Positions 36,843-48,252 of a stretch of DNA of 64,000 bases are shown here, one piece after another. How positions within the stretch are numbered: the first letter of the stretch is position 1; every line of letters starts with the position of its first letter. The stretch spans positions 747,420-811,419 of the forward strand of contig ML996690.1 of NCBI GenBank assembly GCA_010356995.1, read 5' to 3'. The stretch is from Trichodelitschia bisporula (Eukaryota). The notes below the pieces were generated by a model. The model was not told the DNA's origin. It saw only the letters and a list, made by a program, of their open reading frames with translations, and ran no database searches. A program made the translations under genes and the position numbers.

Positions 36843-38051
36843 CATTATGGCGTACGAGACCTGGGGATTTCTGTCTTTCTTGTTATGTTGTGGAAGAAGG
36901 GCAGAGGCGTTGTTATGACGGCCGTGACGAATTAGCGAGAGTTGGCGTTCGTTGGCTTAGATATTTCATCCGACGTGTCTTTCGTCCTCGACGAAGAAAC
37001 ACGCATGCATAGCATTGAGCGGGATCCGCGAAAAGGAAAACGGAAATTAATACCCCCTGCATGATCTTTTGCGTTCTTCCTGCGTGCTTCGTGTCCTTCA
37101 GATGTTGACATTGAAGGAGCATTGTTATGGCAGGAAGGTACATACTAAGGGTCATGATGTAATGAGGACATGATAGAAGGAAGGAGCACAGGAGGATACT
37201 TGGCATCACGTATTTAAGTCTCCAGAGTCTCTCACTCTCTTCCTCTCTTTGTCTTCTACTTCAATCTTCAGTATTAGAGTTGCTTTCGCACGTAATGAGC
37301 CTTTGCTCCCATCACCTTCCATATCGGGCCATGCGAGCAGTATTCGGAGTGCACGGCGGCTTTCGGGACAGCAGCCGCAGCCTCGCTGCCTGCCGAACGA
37401 AAACCACGCAAAGAGGGCAAGTCGAGAAACGACCAAGGCAAATGCGCCTGAAGCAAGGTATGCCTTCCTCTCCCTCTGCCTCGATTCCCCGCTCGCTGCA
37501 GCGGTGTGAGCATCCTCTTGTCACGCGCGTCACGAGGGCCACCATTGGCCAGGCGGGGCAGGCGAGGGCGGGGGGGCCGCCGGGGTACTCAGAGTGATGT
37601 TTGCGGGGTTGGATGGGGGGGTTGGGGCGGGCGCCCTCAGCTCTCACTCACAGCCATCACTCTCACCGCGCTGCTCTCTCTCTCTCAACTGCATCCTCTC
37701 ACTCTTCTTTCTTTTCTCACCCGCGCAGCTTGCACTCACTCGTACCCCCACCCCCGCCACTCCCCTCCTAGGATCCAGTCCTTCCCCAAAGCGCTGCCAG
37801 TCCCAAAGCAGCGCCCTGCACGCATCTCGGCACCCGCGCACCGCTGGCAGCCGGACACGTCGTCGGGCGTGCGTGCCGCCTGCGTTTCGAGCCTGCGCGA
37901 GCGCGGCGGGTGCGCGGAAGGCCGGTTGGTCGCTGAACGCGAGCAACACGCCTCTCCCGCTTTTTTGCCTTTGCCTTTGCTGAGTTTTGCTTCGCTCGCT
38001 ACGCGACTCGCCTCGTTTGCTTACTTGCTTACTCGCTCACCCGTTGAGCGG

Positions 38052-39056
38052 ATGCGGCTGTTTGCGCGCTTATTTGGCGCAGGGCGCGGGGTGGAGGAGG
38101 GCGCTGGAAATTTGTCTTCGCTCAACAACAACAGCAACGGCTTGACCTCCGTGCCGCTGCCCCCGCGGCCTGAATCTTCTACCGCACTACGGGACCTCGT
38201 CACCAACACGGAACGAACCACCACGCCCGGCACCACCGATCTCACCTCCCCCCCACCTACATCGGCCACCTTCGCCGCCCGCCTCGCCTCCCTCCGCGGC
38301 CTAGCCTCACCCGGCGGCGCAAACAGCACATCGAGCAGCGTGTCCTCAGCGCCCGTCCTAGTGCGTGCCTACTCAGGCCACGGTCGCTCGCGGCGCGGGC
38401 CGCGACGCGGGAGTGCGCGAGGGGGCGCGGGGAGCACCGCTCGGAACCAACCTATGACACAAGGCATGGCGGCGCGACTCCCGCCCTTGTCGGCGTTTTC
38501 TTTCGACGGCATGCTCCGGGCCGTGGAGCCGGAGATCGAGGACGCGCTGGAGGCGATTGCAAGGATATGTGCGCGGAGCAGGATGAGTTTGGCGGATGAG
38601 TATGGGGCGCATATTCCGCCGGCTGCGGAGTTTGTGGCGCCTGAGAGTGGGGAGAGGAGGGGGGGAAGGTTGGTGTTGCGCACGCAGGGGTTGGCGGTTG
38701 TGCCGGAGGCGAGTAGTGGGAGTGAGAGGGGGTCTGTGGTGGAGGGGGGGAGGCTGAGTGCGTATGGGAGTTTGAGGAGCGTGCTTGGGAAGGGGAAGGG
38801 GAGGGACGAGGGTGAGGTGGGGTGGATTGTTGAGGGGAGTCCGAGGAGGGCAATTGTCCTGGTTGCGAGTCCGGAGGCTTCGAAGCAGTTGAGTCTGGCG
38901 CCTGCGGTGGAGGTTTTCCCTGGTGAAGGGATCAGGGCGGAGGAGGAACGGGCGTCGTGGGTGCCGTGGAAGAGGCCTATTGGGCCTGGGGAGGGGAGGG
39001 CGAGCGCGGAGAGTGCTTTGAGGGGGCTGTTGAAGGGGGATGGTGGGTTGGCTTGA
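38052..39056 (+). CDS. Conserved fungal hypothetical protein, mostly disordered, with a short conserved-looking core
   Basis: First ATG of ORF 37506..39056 is at 38052. Core LPPLSAFSFDGMLRAVEPEI..ALEAIARICARSRMSLADEYGAHIPP. Shows the C-rich to G-rich codon gradient seen in other genes here. Confidence 0.75.
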   Translation: MRLFARLFGAGRGVEEGAGNLSSLNNNSNGLTSVPLPPRPESSTALRDLVTNTERTTTPGTTDLTSPPPTSATFAARLASLRGLASPGGANSTSSSVSSAPVLVRAYSGHGRSRRGPRRGSARGGAGSTARNQPMTQGMAARLPPLSAFSFDGMLRAVEPEIEDALEAIARICARSRMSLADEYGAHIPPAAEFVAPESGERRGGRLVLRTQGLAVVPEASSGSERGSVVEGGRLSAYGSLRSVLGKGKGRDEGEVGWIVEGSPRRAIVLVASPEASKQLSLAPAVEVFPGEGIRAEEERASWVPWKRPIGPGEGRASAESALRGLLKGDGGLA

Positions 39057-39632
39057 TGTGATGGGGATGGATGCCTGTTCGGCGTGCCGACGGCGACGAT
39101 GGCTGACTTCTTCTCGACGCCATCTCTCTGTGCGGTATCAACAACATCCACGGATTCCGGCTTCTTATCGGCGCCATCTTCTCTACGACATCAACGAAAC
39201 CGCTAAACCTTCAGCACCGCACGACCCGACTCGGTTCCCCCCGCTTAGATTCAGACTGCCACCATTTGTTAGAGCACCAGGTTCGGCTTCGATTGCCATT
39301 CTCGCGTTGATCCATTGGGAGGAAAAAGATCTGCTGTTTTCGGGGAACTTGGATTGGCTAGATATCACGGATTTTGACGACTTACGGCTGGCAACAGACT
39401 TATGACTTGTACCTTGACGACTTGTATCTTAACGACGAACAGACTGATGATGTATGATTTAGATACCCAGTATGAATGGTAAACTGTTCAATGACTTGCT
39501 TGTTCGATGTTTTGAGGCACGGGATTGTTTGGCATGTGGCGTGTCGTGAAGCTGTTCATACGATGTCGGTCCAACCTTACAACAAAGCTGGGTCAAATAC
39601 GCAAGTCTAACAGTTTTAGGCATCAATCTCAT

Positions 39633-39731
39633 GGCAAGGTGGCCGAGTTGGTTAAGGCGTCAGGTTAAGGTCTACCTTAGCACAATATCCTGATTCAGAA
39701 ATGAGCACGAGTTCGAATCTCGTCCTTGTCA
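39633..39731 (+). tRNA. tRNA-Leu (anticodon AAG) with a 17-nt intron (39671-39687)
   Basis: Acceptor stem GGCAAGG/CCTTGTC plus discriminator A; D-arm GCCGAGTTGGTTAAGGC; anticodon stem TCAGG/CCTGA with loop TT-AAG-G; intron CCTTA pairs with the anticodon loop; long variable arm; T-arm ACGAG-TTCGAAT-CTCGT; T5 Pol III terminator at 39738. Confidence 0.95.
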
Positions 39732-39991
39732 ACATCCTTTTTGCCCTTTGCTTGAAGGGGTGGGGGTGGAATGGGCAAATCGGATTGCGAGCGCACTTCA
39801 ATTTTGGCATGCGTGTGGGTCGTGGTTCGCTCCCGCTGTGGGGCTTAGAGCCGCAAGGCCGAGTCCCTTTTTGATCCCCATAGCCATATACAACGCTAAG
39901 CGCAGGCCCAATTGGTATCTCGGTATCGGTATCCGCCACGCATCCATATATACAAAGGCAGCTCGCTCCCTTCCCATCATCAACACCTTCA

Positions 39992-40654
39992 TCATCTTCC
40001 CCTCCTGAAGACTCTCTTAACCCCCCTCCCCACCGGCCCAACCACTACCCGCGCAAACCACGGCGTCCCCCACACACTCACCGCCAGTCTCACCGGGAGT
40101 AAGGCCTTAACCACCGCCCACGCCGCCGCTACCTCCACCACGATCCGCATGCCCTTCTCACCAGTCCCAAACCATCCCCCCTCACCCACCCATCCCTTAC
40201 GACGGAAATACGCGCCGAAGCGCTCGATGCCTTCAGCGACCCAGCCGGTGGAGATGAGGAGGGAGGGAGGATGCGTGTAGTGGAAGAGCGTGGCGAGGAG
40301 GATTAGGGGCGTGAGCGCGGTGAGTTCGTGCAGGAGGAGGAAGGCGGTTATGTGGCTTAGGGGGGCGGAGAGGAGGGGGGTTGTGTAGGTCTGGAGGCGG
40401 GGGGAGACTGGATTTGTGGGTTAGAAGTTGGATTTATGAATGTATGGGATTATGAGAGCGGAAGGGGGGGGCATACGGCGCTGGTTTAGGCGGTGGAGGC
40501 GGGGGTGTGGTGTTGATGTTGAAGCGGGAGAAGTAGAGGCTGAGGTTGAGGTCGAGGGTTTGGGAGGGGAGGTGGAGGTGTGCCGTTTCGGGAGGGAGCG
40601 CGGGTGCTTGACGAGGGTGGAATTCCGGAGGTGGAGACGGCGGAGAGGGAGCAT
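39992..40654 (-). CDS. MRX11: Mitochondrial MIOREX component Mrx11-like protein; 2 exons
   Basis: Presequence MLPLRRLHLR. Motifs APLSHITAFLLLHELTA, G.ERFG.YFRRKGW and EVAAAWAVVKALLPVRLAVSVWGTPWFAR. Confidence 0.8.
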
Positions 40655-41352
40655 GGTGGAGAGTGGGTGGGGGGAGTGCTGGTGAGAGGTTTGCGGAGGT
40701 GACGTTGAGGCGGATCGCGTTATCGCGAAGTCATGTGATTTGAGTGAACATAAAAAAAGTTGGATCACCAAGAACCGACAATGGAGTCTGATCGCAAGTT
40801 CAAACTCTACTAACTAAAATTCACATCAGATCAGTTTAGCCGTTGGACACCCCAAGCCATCGAGGGGCATCTGAGCCCTCAATGAGGTTGGGGAAGTTGG
40901 GACTTGCCATCATGACGAAAGACACAATTCCAACGTCAACTCGACAAACTTTTCCACTCCAGAAGGCAAAAGTTGGCATGAAAATCAAGCCATGGCCATA
41001 GAACATGTTGTCAGGCGCATCATCCAGTCTTTTCCCAACCATGCTAATAACCAGGCAAAAACCATCGTGCCCTCTAGAATCAACTCGGCTGTCAACCCGG
41101 CAACCAGGCCCTCTCGAAAAACACAGGCCAAGTCCTCACGATCGGAGATGTAAAGAGGAGGAGGTTAGAATAGCGCCCCTGCCCCCCCCGCCGCCTAGAC
41201 GCCGCACCGTACCGCAGCGGGGGCAGTCTGCTCCACTTCTTTCCCCCGCGGGGCGCGGGTAGCGTCGGATATCGTCGGATGGCCGACCAGATCATGACCT
41301 GGTGGCCGGCAAAGGATAAATTAGCCGCGTCGCGTCGCCAACATTCGAAGCC

Positions 41353-41421
41353 GCTATGACACCGGCCGTGAAAATTTCATCGTGCTATGACACCGGCCAT
41401 GAAAACTTCATCGCGCTATGA
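41353..41421. repeat. 31-bp direct tandem repeat, about 2.2 copies
   Basis: gctatgacaccggccgtgaaaatttcatcgt / gctatgacaccggccatgaaaacttcatcgc / gctatga. Confidence 0.9.
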
Positions 41422-42464
41422 GTGTATTGTGGCGCCGGGCCCGCCGTTCGGCATCCTTGCTTTGGAGCGTGCCGTGCGAGTGCTCTGCCCCGACTTGACA
41501 TCCGATGACTCCATGGCCGAAATATCTCCCCCTCGGCGAGGCTGGGCATGGGACCTTGATGAAGGCAACTAGCAGCATTCGCCATTAGCAATATTGGTCG
41601 TCGTGGTGGATGAAATCCTGGTTGCGTGAGAGGCGCGCGGCTTCGTTCCGTCGTGGCTGCGCACTGCTGAGAAAATGATATGATATCAGATGCACTCGTG
41701 GCCGGCGTAGGAGGAGTCATACGGCGCCCGGCTGGTATGCGGATGACGCTGGTGTCGCGCAGTTTCTGGCACAGTCAGATATGCATAATGACTCCAGCGC
41801 TGACAAAAGCGCCCGACATGTCTGAGCGCAGGGCGCGCGCCCTGTCATCGAGCTGCGGAAAAGTTACTACAGCCTTTACTGGTGCCCGCACTAGCAATTG
41901 GCGGCTATGAGTTCTTACTAATGCCCGCGCCCTGGGGTTGACATGCATGCCGCCATCGCGATCGGCCCGCTTGCCAGCCCTACGTAATTCTGGAATCCAC
42001 TCAGCCTGCGGCATCCCTCCGCTATTATTCAGAAAATAGTTTGCGGCTCCCCCTGCGGCATCCACTCCATCCTTGTAACCAGTGCCTGCCGATGATGCGG
42101 CGTCTAGTTTTAGTGGACATGCTGCAGGGGGCGCGTATTACGTTTTCTTGCGCCCTGGGATTGACATCGTGTAGTCTGGAAGGGCGTGGGTGTTGTTTGC
42201 TTACTTGATTGACAGGACGTCGAGTTGGGATTGGAAATATGGGGCCGAGCCGGAGTATATAAGGGGGTCAGAGGGTCGACGGGAGAATCAACATCAACAG
42301 CAAGCAGAACATTCAGTCCACTCGAGCTTCTACACTCTCAAACACTCAAGCAACTCAGCCTTAAAGCTTTACATCTCCTCCTCATCAGCACTCAACCACA
42401 AAGCATCTCCTCCACCCCCACCACCACCACACAACCACAACAACCACACCACCTCCCACCAACA

Positions 42465-42833
42465 ATGTCCTCCCCCCGCACCTCCACCACCTCCTCCCCC
42501 ACCCTCTCCCAGCGCTTCGCCGCCCACCACGCCTCCACCCAAGCCGCCTACGAAGCCTACTACGGCGCGGGGCTGCGTTCGGGCACCATGACGCCGCGCA
42601 GCACATCCTCCTCTTCCACCTCCTCCGCCTCCTCCACCAAGGCCGTCGACGCAACCGCCGCCCTGCCCCAGACCAAGGACAGCAGCGCGCGCAAGGCCTG
42701 GACTGCGCTCAAGCAGCGCGCGGCTGAGCACCACCGCTCTGTCAATGCTGCGTACGGTGTGTACTATGGCGCTGGGACGCGGTTCGGGGAGGAGAGGCGC
42801 GGGAGCCACGGGAGTGTTACGTACCGGGGTTGA
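42465..42833 (+). CDS. Small (122 aa) fungal hypothetical protein with a duplicated HHxSxxAAYxxYYGAG motif
   Basis: TATATAAG at about 42257; A/C-rich leader; CAACAATG start context; two copies of the motif. Confidence 0.8.
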   Translation: MSSPRTSTTSSPTLSQRFAAHHASTQAAYEAYYGAGLRSGTMTPRSTSSSSTSSASSTKAVDATAALPQTKDSSARKAWTALKQRAAEHHRSVNAAYGVYYGAGTRFGEERRGSHGSVTYRG

Positions 42834-43320
42834 AGTTTTGAAGTTTGAAGCTTGAAGATTGGTTTTCAAAAATGTGTTCGGTTGGCGGTTTTGATGGGAT
42901 GAAGTTATGATACACGATCCGGCGTTGCGGTTTTTGCTTCTTGGGGGATTCGATGATGCCTTTTGGCGGGTTCGATAGAGGGGATTTGATAGATCACCAG
43001 TTTAATCTTAATGTCAGTTCGTTTTTACATAATTTTCAAGTGTTAACCTGGACCTGCAATTGATATCTCGATCGTCAACCTCCCCTTTCATCAAAATAGT
43101 CACGTGTCCCGCCAATATCATCCTCAGCCTCAGCCTCGTTTCACATAACTCGCCCCAAGATTTCTCACACCCCAATCTATTCGATACCCACGAACACCCG
43201 CCCGATGCACCCTTACCCCTCAGCCCTGTCAAAACCCAGATCCCGGGCTCCAAAAGTCGAAGAGCCACGCAACACATCCCTCACCTCAACCTCCATCTCT
43301 ACCTCCACCAACCACACACC

Positions 43321-44544
43321 ATGCCCCGCCGCACTCGCACCCTTAAACTTCTTCTACTCCTCCTCCTCTCCTACGTTCTCTACACCCTCTGGTCGCGCCG
43401 CCTCCCCCCACCCACCCCTCTAGACCCCTGGACCCTCCCAACCTCCCAAATCGCCCACCAAGCCACCCTCCTCGCCTCCACCCCCCCCCAGCATGGCCTT
43501 GTCGCCCAAGCCCTCCTCGAACTCTTTGACCCCGGCTTCAGCATCTTCGCCCGCAGGCCCTTCCAAAACGGGCACATCAGTATCCCAGCCCACGAAACCC
43601 ACGCCCTGCTCCACGCCCAGCGACACATAAGGCTCGGGAACGTTACGGCCTTGCACAAGGAACTGTCGGCGGCAGACACCGCCGCGCTGGGCGTGGCCGC
43701 CCTGTTGTTAGATGCGGAATGGGGGGATCAGGCTAGGGCTGATGCGGAGTGGATGGTGGCGAGGGCGCCGCGGTTTTTGAATGGGGCGATTAGCCATACA
43801 AGGGGGGTGAAGGAGGCGTGGGCGGAGTTCGTGTAAGCGTCTTTCGCGGTGCTTGAGTTGAGCCCGGCTGACGGGGACAGATACATGGTGCCGCCGTTTC
43901 TGGCCTACGTCTCCGTGGACACGGGGAATAGGACGTACATGGATGAGGCGGTGCGCCAATGCCGCTTGTACCATGATATGCTGGCTAGGAAACCGCCCGG
44001 CCTGCGGCTGTGGCGCCACGTGCTGGGGCCGTTGAACGGGGACGACGGGGCGTGGAGCATAGGGAACGGATTTGCAGCCGCAGGCCTCGCACGGATGATC
44101 GCGACGCTCGGAGCGTGGGAGGGCGGGAAAGGGATGGTATCCGCGAAAAAGGACATGGTGGGTTGGGTTAAGGGGATAGTGGAGGGAGTGAAGGGGGTGG
44201 ATGAGTCGTCGGGCGCAGAGAACGGGTTGTTGAGGAATTACGTTGATGACGAGAGTTGGTTTGGCGAGGTTGCGGGGACGGCGTTGATGGCGTCGGCGGT
44301 GTTTCGGATGGCGGTTTTGGAGCCGCGGGTTTTTGAACGGTATGTGGAGTGGGCGGAGAGGAAGGCGGAGGCGGTGCGCAGGCATACGAATCCCGATACC
44401 GGGATTGCGGCACCGGCGGTGCAGGAGCTTAATTCTATGGTTAGAGAGCCGATTGGGACGGGGAGTGCGGAGGGGCAGAGCTTCGTTATGCTGTTGTATG
44501 CGGCGAGGAGAGATTATATCCGGTGGCAGAAGGGGGAGATGTAG
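43321..44544 (+). CDS. GH88/GH105-like six-hairpin glycosidase homologue with an N-terminal signal anchor; 2 exons
   Basis: Motifs ALLEL..P..SIF, DTAALG, NGAISH, WAEFVYMVPPFLAY (across intron 43833-43880), LWRHVLG, WSIGNGFAAAG..R, GLLRNY, GE.AGTAL.A...FRMA and SAEGQSF. Confidence 0.85.
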
Positions 44545-45240
44545 GTCTGCTTTTGCGGCATTAGCATGGCTGGAGTACGCGGGGCTATTATACACGGCCA
44601 GACAGATCTAATGTGAAGTCTGAGTTTGAAGAGTTCGAATTTGCAATTAACCTGATGGGAGCAGAGCTCTAACACATGCAACGGTAACTGTGTTAACTGA
44701 ATGTTGAAGTAGAAGACAAAGAGAAGAAGAGAGTGAGAGACCCTCGAGACTTAAATACATGATGCCAAGCATTCTCCTTTGCGCCCTCCTTCTTTCATGC
44801 TCACATTACATTATATGCTCCTTCCCGACATAACAATGCTCCTTCCACGCCTTCATCAAGACCGCTGTTGAGTTCTTTCGTGAAGATCTACCGCCGCCTT
44901 TTATGATGATTCGCCGAGACACGTGACTCCGCGATAATGCGCTCGGCTTCAACGTCAACACTAGGCTTAGCATGCCAAGTTTTTTCGTACGACGGTTGTC
45001 AGTGACAGCAGGTGTCATTGCGCGTCTATGACTGTGACCGCGACCTTGTGGAAGCACGCCGTTGGTCCATCATCACCGGTCCGTTCTGGTGGCTCACCAT
45101 CTCGAAAAGGACTGACACAACGAGTTGGCTGTAGACACCTCTCCACTCGCCACAGTCCATCGCACCAGAGAGGAAAGTGAGTTGGCTGGGGAATGGACAA
45201 GAGAGAGTGAGAGTGTGAGAGAGAAAACGGACGATCGACA

Positions 45241-47141
45241 TCACCCAGACTCCTCCTCACCACGCCCCCTAGTCGACCCAAGTTCTGACTCCGACCCAAG
45301 CAACGTTCCCCCCTCGCCCATCGCAGCCCCAAACCCCCACCCGCCCTCCGCCTGAGGCCCAAAATCTACGCGAACCCCGACAATCCCATGCCGCTCATCG
45401 AACATATCCTCGATGTGCGCGACCGGGCGCCACGCCCGGTCTTCGAACAGTGCCGCCACAAGCGCCGGAATGCCCAGTCGGGCTTGCAGCTCGCCGACAT
45501 CGTGGTGCAGGGCTCGGGCCGCCTTGACCGCTAGCACGAGGCCCAGGGCGACGAAGAGCATGTTTGCGATAAGGTGTGCGGAGAGGGGCGCGATGGGCAC
45601 GCGGGCCACGAGGTGCGGCTCGCGGACTTGGTATTCAATGACCGGGACGGGTTTGAAGGACTGGATGGCCATGGCGAGGAAGATGCGCGAAAAGCTGAGG
45701 CTCAAGGCAGTGAGGTTGAAGGTTTGAGCAGTATGGTCAATGATCGGATAGCTATAGGGTGGGATCATGGCTGTGGTGATGGCTTGGAAGTTGGCGACAG
45801 TGGCAAACTGCTGGAATTGGCTGCTGCGTTTGATCATGTTGGAGACGGAGAGGTTGCTGATGGTTGGGGTGAAGCGAGTAATCCTATTGTCGACGGAGGT
45901 GTATTCTAGGTCGTACACGGATGTACTGCAGTTTCCAGGTTCGAGTACCATGAATACTGTAAAGACGTGGACCAATAATGCAAAGTAGAAGGGATTGCTG
46001 TCAAGGGTGCCAACAGTGCTGTTTTGGGTCATACTTGAATTGGTGTAAAAGAACATCTGATAGAGAGGGTTGTACATATCTTCCAAACTGATTAGGAGGT
46101 CTAAGCAGGACCAGGCATCTGTTCCGTCATTCAATTTCATCACCGAGCGGGGGCATCGGTCTTCAAGTAGTGTACAGCTAGTCTTTACAGCAAAAGAACG
46201 AGCAGTGTAGTCGAGCGAGTTCAGTCCTGGGTCCTGGGGAGGGCCGAGGTATGTGTAGGTTTCAGAGTCTAGATCGTCAGTATGAGTCTTGATCCGAGTG
46301 GTTTTGGAGGTGTCGTCCAGTGCGTCCTGGGTGGGAGTGTATTCCGAATGGTTAAATATGCAGTCGTTCCCCAGCGTCGCGCACGCGGGGGTCAGCGCAA
46401 AACTGTACGATGGAGGGGTGTCCGGGTTGCGTAGTGTGGTAAGGTTTATTAGGACGGTCTCCGTTGCGAAGTGAAGCCAGGAATCCGTCAGCAGCACCAG
46501 GAAACTAATCTCGTTAGCCACGCTTCGATGTTCGGCGCAGCACACCTGAGAAGCAGGCCCAGGGCCAAAGTAGTAGTCATTGTCTTCAAGGCTTTGCTTC
46601 GTTTCTCGCGCTTTCGTCCCCAGCGCAGGGTGTAGCTCAACCACTGCCACAACGAGCCGAGCCCGCTGCTGGCCAATATGCGCAGAACGAGAGAGAGTTC
46701 ATACGGCGTTAGCAGTTCGGCTGTGTCTCCTGATTCTGCAGCATGCAAAATGCTACGAGCGACGGGGTACGATATCAGGGTGACGATGAAGCCAACGAGA
46801 AGGGGTGCGAGTGTGCTTGACCACGAGGCCAGGGTGATGAAGATGGTGGCGCTGAAGTCCAGGTAGATAACGCCCGAATCTTTGTGCGTTGTATTAAACG
46901 CAAGATTTGGTGTGACAAATTGGTGGGGGTTGACGCGGTAGTGAAAGACCAGGAAGAGGATGAAGTAGGAGAGAAGCATCATTGGAACGGTTAAGGCGAT
47001 AAGGGCCCAGGAGATATCCCTTTGGCGGCCGCGGATGCGTCGTCCATCGGCGTTTTCTGGGCTCGCGGCACCAAGTCTATTCGAGAGCTGGCGGGTTGTT
47101 GGGCTTTCGAACACTTCCGGTTGCTTCGTTGGGGCATCCAT
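45241..47141 (-). CDS. Fungal multi-pass membrane hypothetical protein; 2 exons
   Basis: ORF 46488..47141 (TM helices; ASWSSTLAP, LTPYEL) is spliced through a GTGTGC..GCTAAC..TAG intron to ORF 45241..46650 (DSWLHFATE.V; C-terminal TM; QARLGI..LVA.LFE). Confidence 0.8.
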
Positions 47142-48252
47142 TGCGACGGGGCCTTCGGAAGATTGAACAGCTTGGGCGGGAATCAGGCTGGGGAGTTCGA
47201 TTTAAAAAGTGTGGAGGGGGGGCAAGAAACCAAACTCCCAGTCTGCCTTGCCAGTTGGTGCTTCCGGCCAAGTGGGGAATTGGCATGCGATGCAGCTAAT
47301 ACGGATGTACTGAACACTCAGTCCATTCGCAGTGGGGGCTGAGGTTGCTCTGGTGAAGGCCGGGTGTCCAATAACGAGGTTGCAAACCATGCGCCGAGAT
47401 ATCTTTGCAGGAAACGATGGGACTCGCATCAGGCTGGCTATTTTGGCATGCTTCGATAAGGCACTTCAATCTCGAAGAACTCAACTGCTGCGATGCCCCT
47501 TGTTCGAGGCTGAGACTTGGAACCATGCTGCTCCTCTCAGTGAAGGATGCTACCAATATCTCGCGCAAGTCTCCATCACTCCATAATCGTCAAGCCATAC
47601 CCGCTGATAGCCGCTCCCGGCTATGGAACGGAGTGGAGCATCTGCCCTATCGTACTACCGTAAGGTGCAGGACGGCGTCTAGGCGGCGGGATAGCGGGAG
47701 CGTTATTCTAACCTCACCTCTGCTTGAACCGATCGTGGTTTCATCGCTACGGATGTATGGGGCGGAAGTGCTTCTCTTGCATTTTTATGGTTGCCGCGTT
47801 GACTGCCGAGCAGATTAAAGAGGGTACATGAAGTGTTGCAGAACGAAGTGCTGTTGTACGTTTGTAAAGAAGTGAGACGAAGAAGAGAACGGAGGTCGGA
47901 AGCAAACAGACCCTAAAATATAGCCCTTCCTTCATGGTTCGCTGCATCATTCTTGGCGTCTTGGCACAACCCCCTTTCCATCAATGCAACCTGTTCGCAC
48001 CATCTCTTTCGATTGGGACTTCAGTCAGAATAGTCCAAGTCGCGACTTCGGCAACGGCACTGGAGAGCTTAGGTGAATCATAATGGCTCAAGTGTTGCAC
48101 TTCAAGTTCTTCATCCTTCTTCACATTCATAGCTTAGGACATCTATCTAGTGCCTCAATCATCACGACTCCAGCCATATCATCGTCCCCCCTTTCCAAAC
48201 CCCTAACCCACAACTCCCCGCCCACCGAAACCCCAAACTCCCATCCCCACAC

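Noticed and set aside
37506..38051. 182-codon in-frame extension upstream of the 38052 ATG
   Set aside because: It has no ATG and consists of low-complexity promoter/CT-rich leader sequence, so it is probably open by chance.
41353..41421. CRISPR-like repeat
   Set aside because: The units are directly adjacent with no spacers, the context is eukaryotic, and there are no cas genes.
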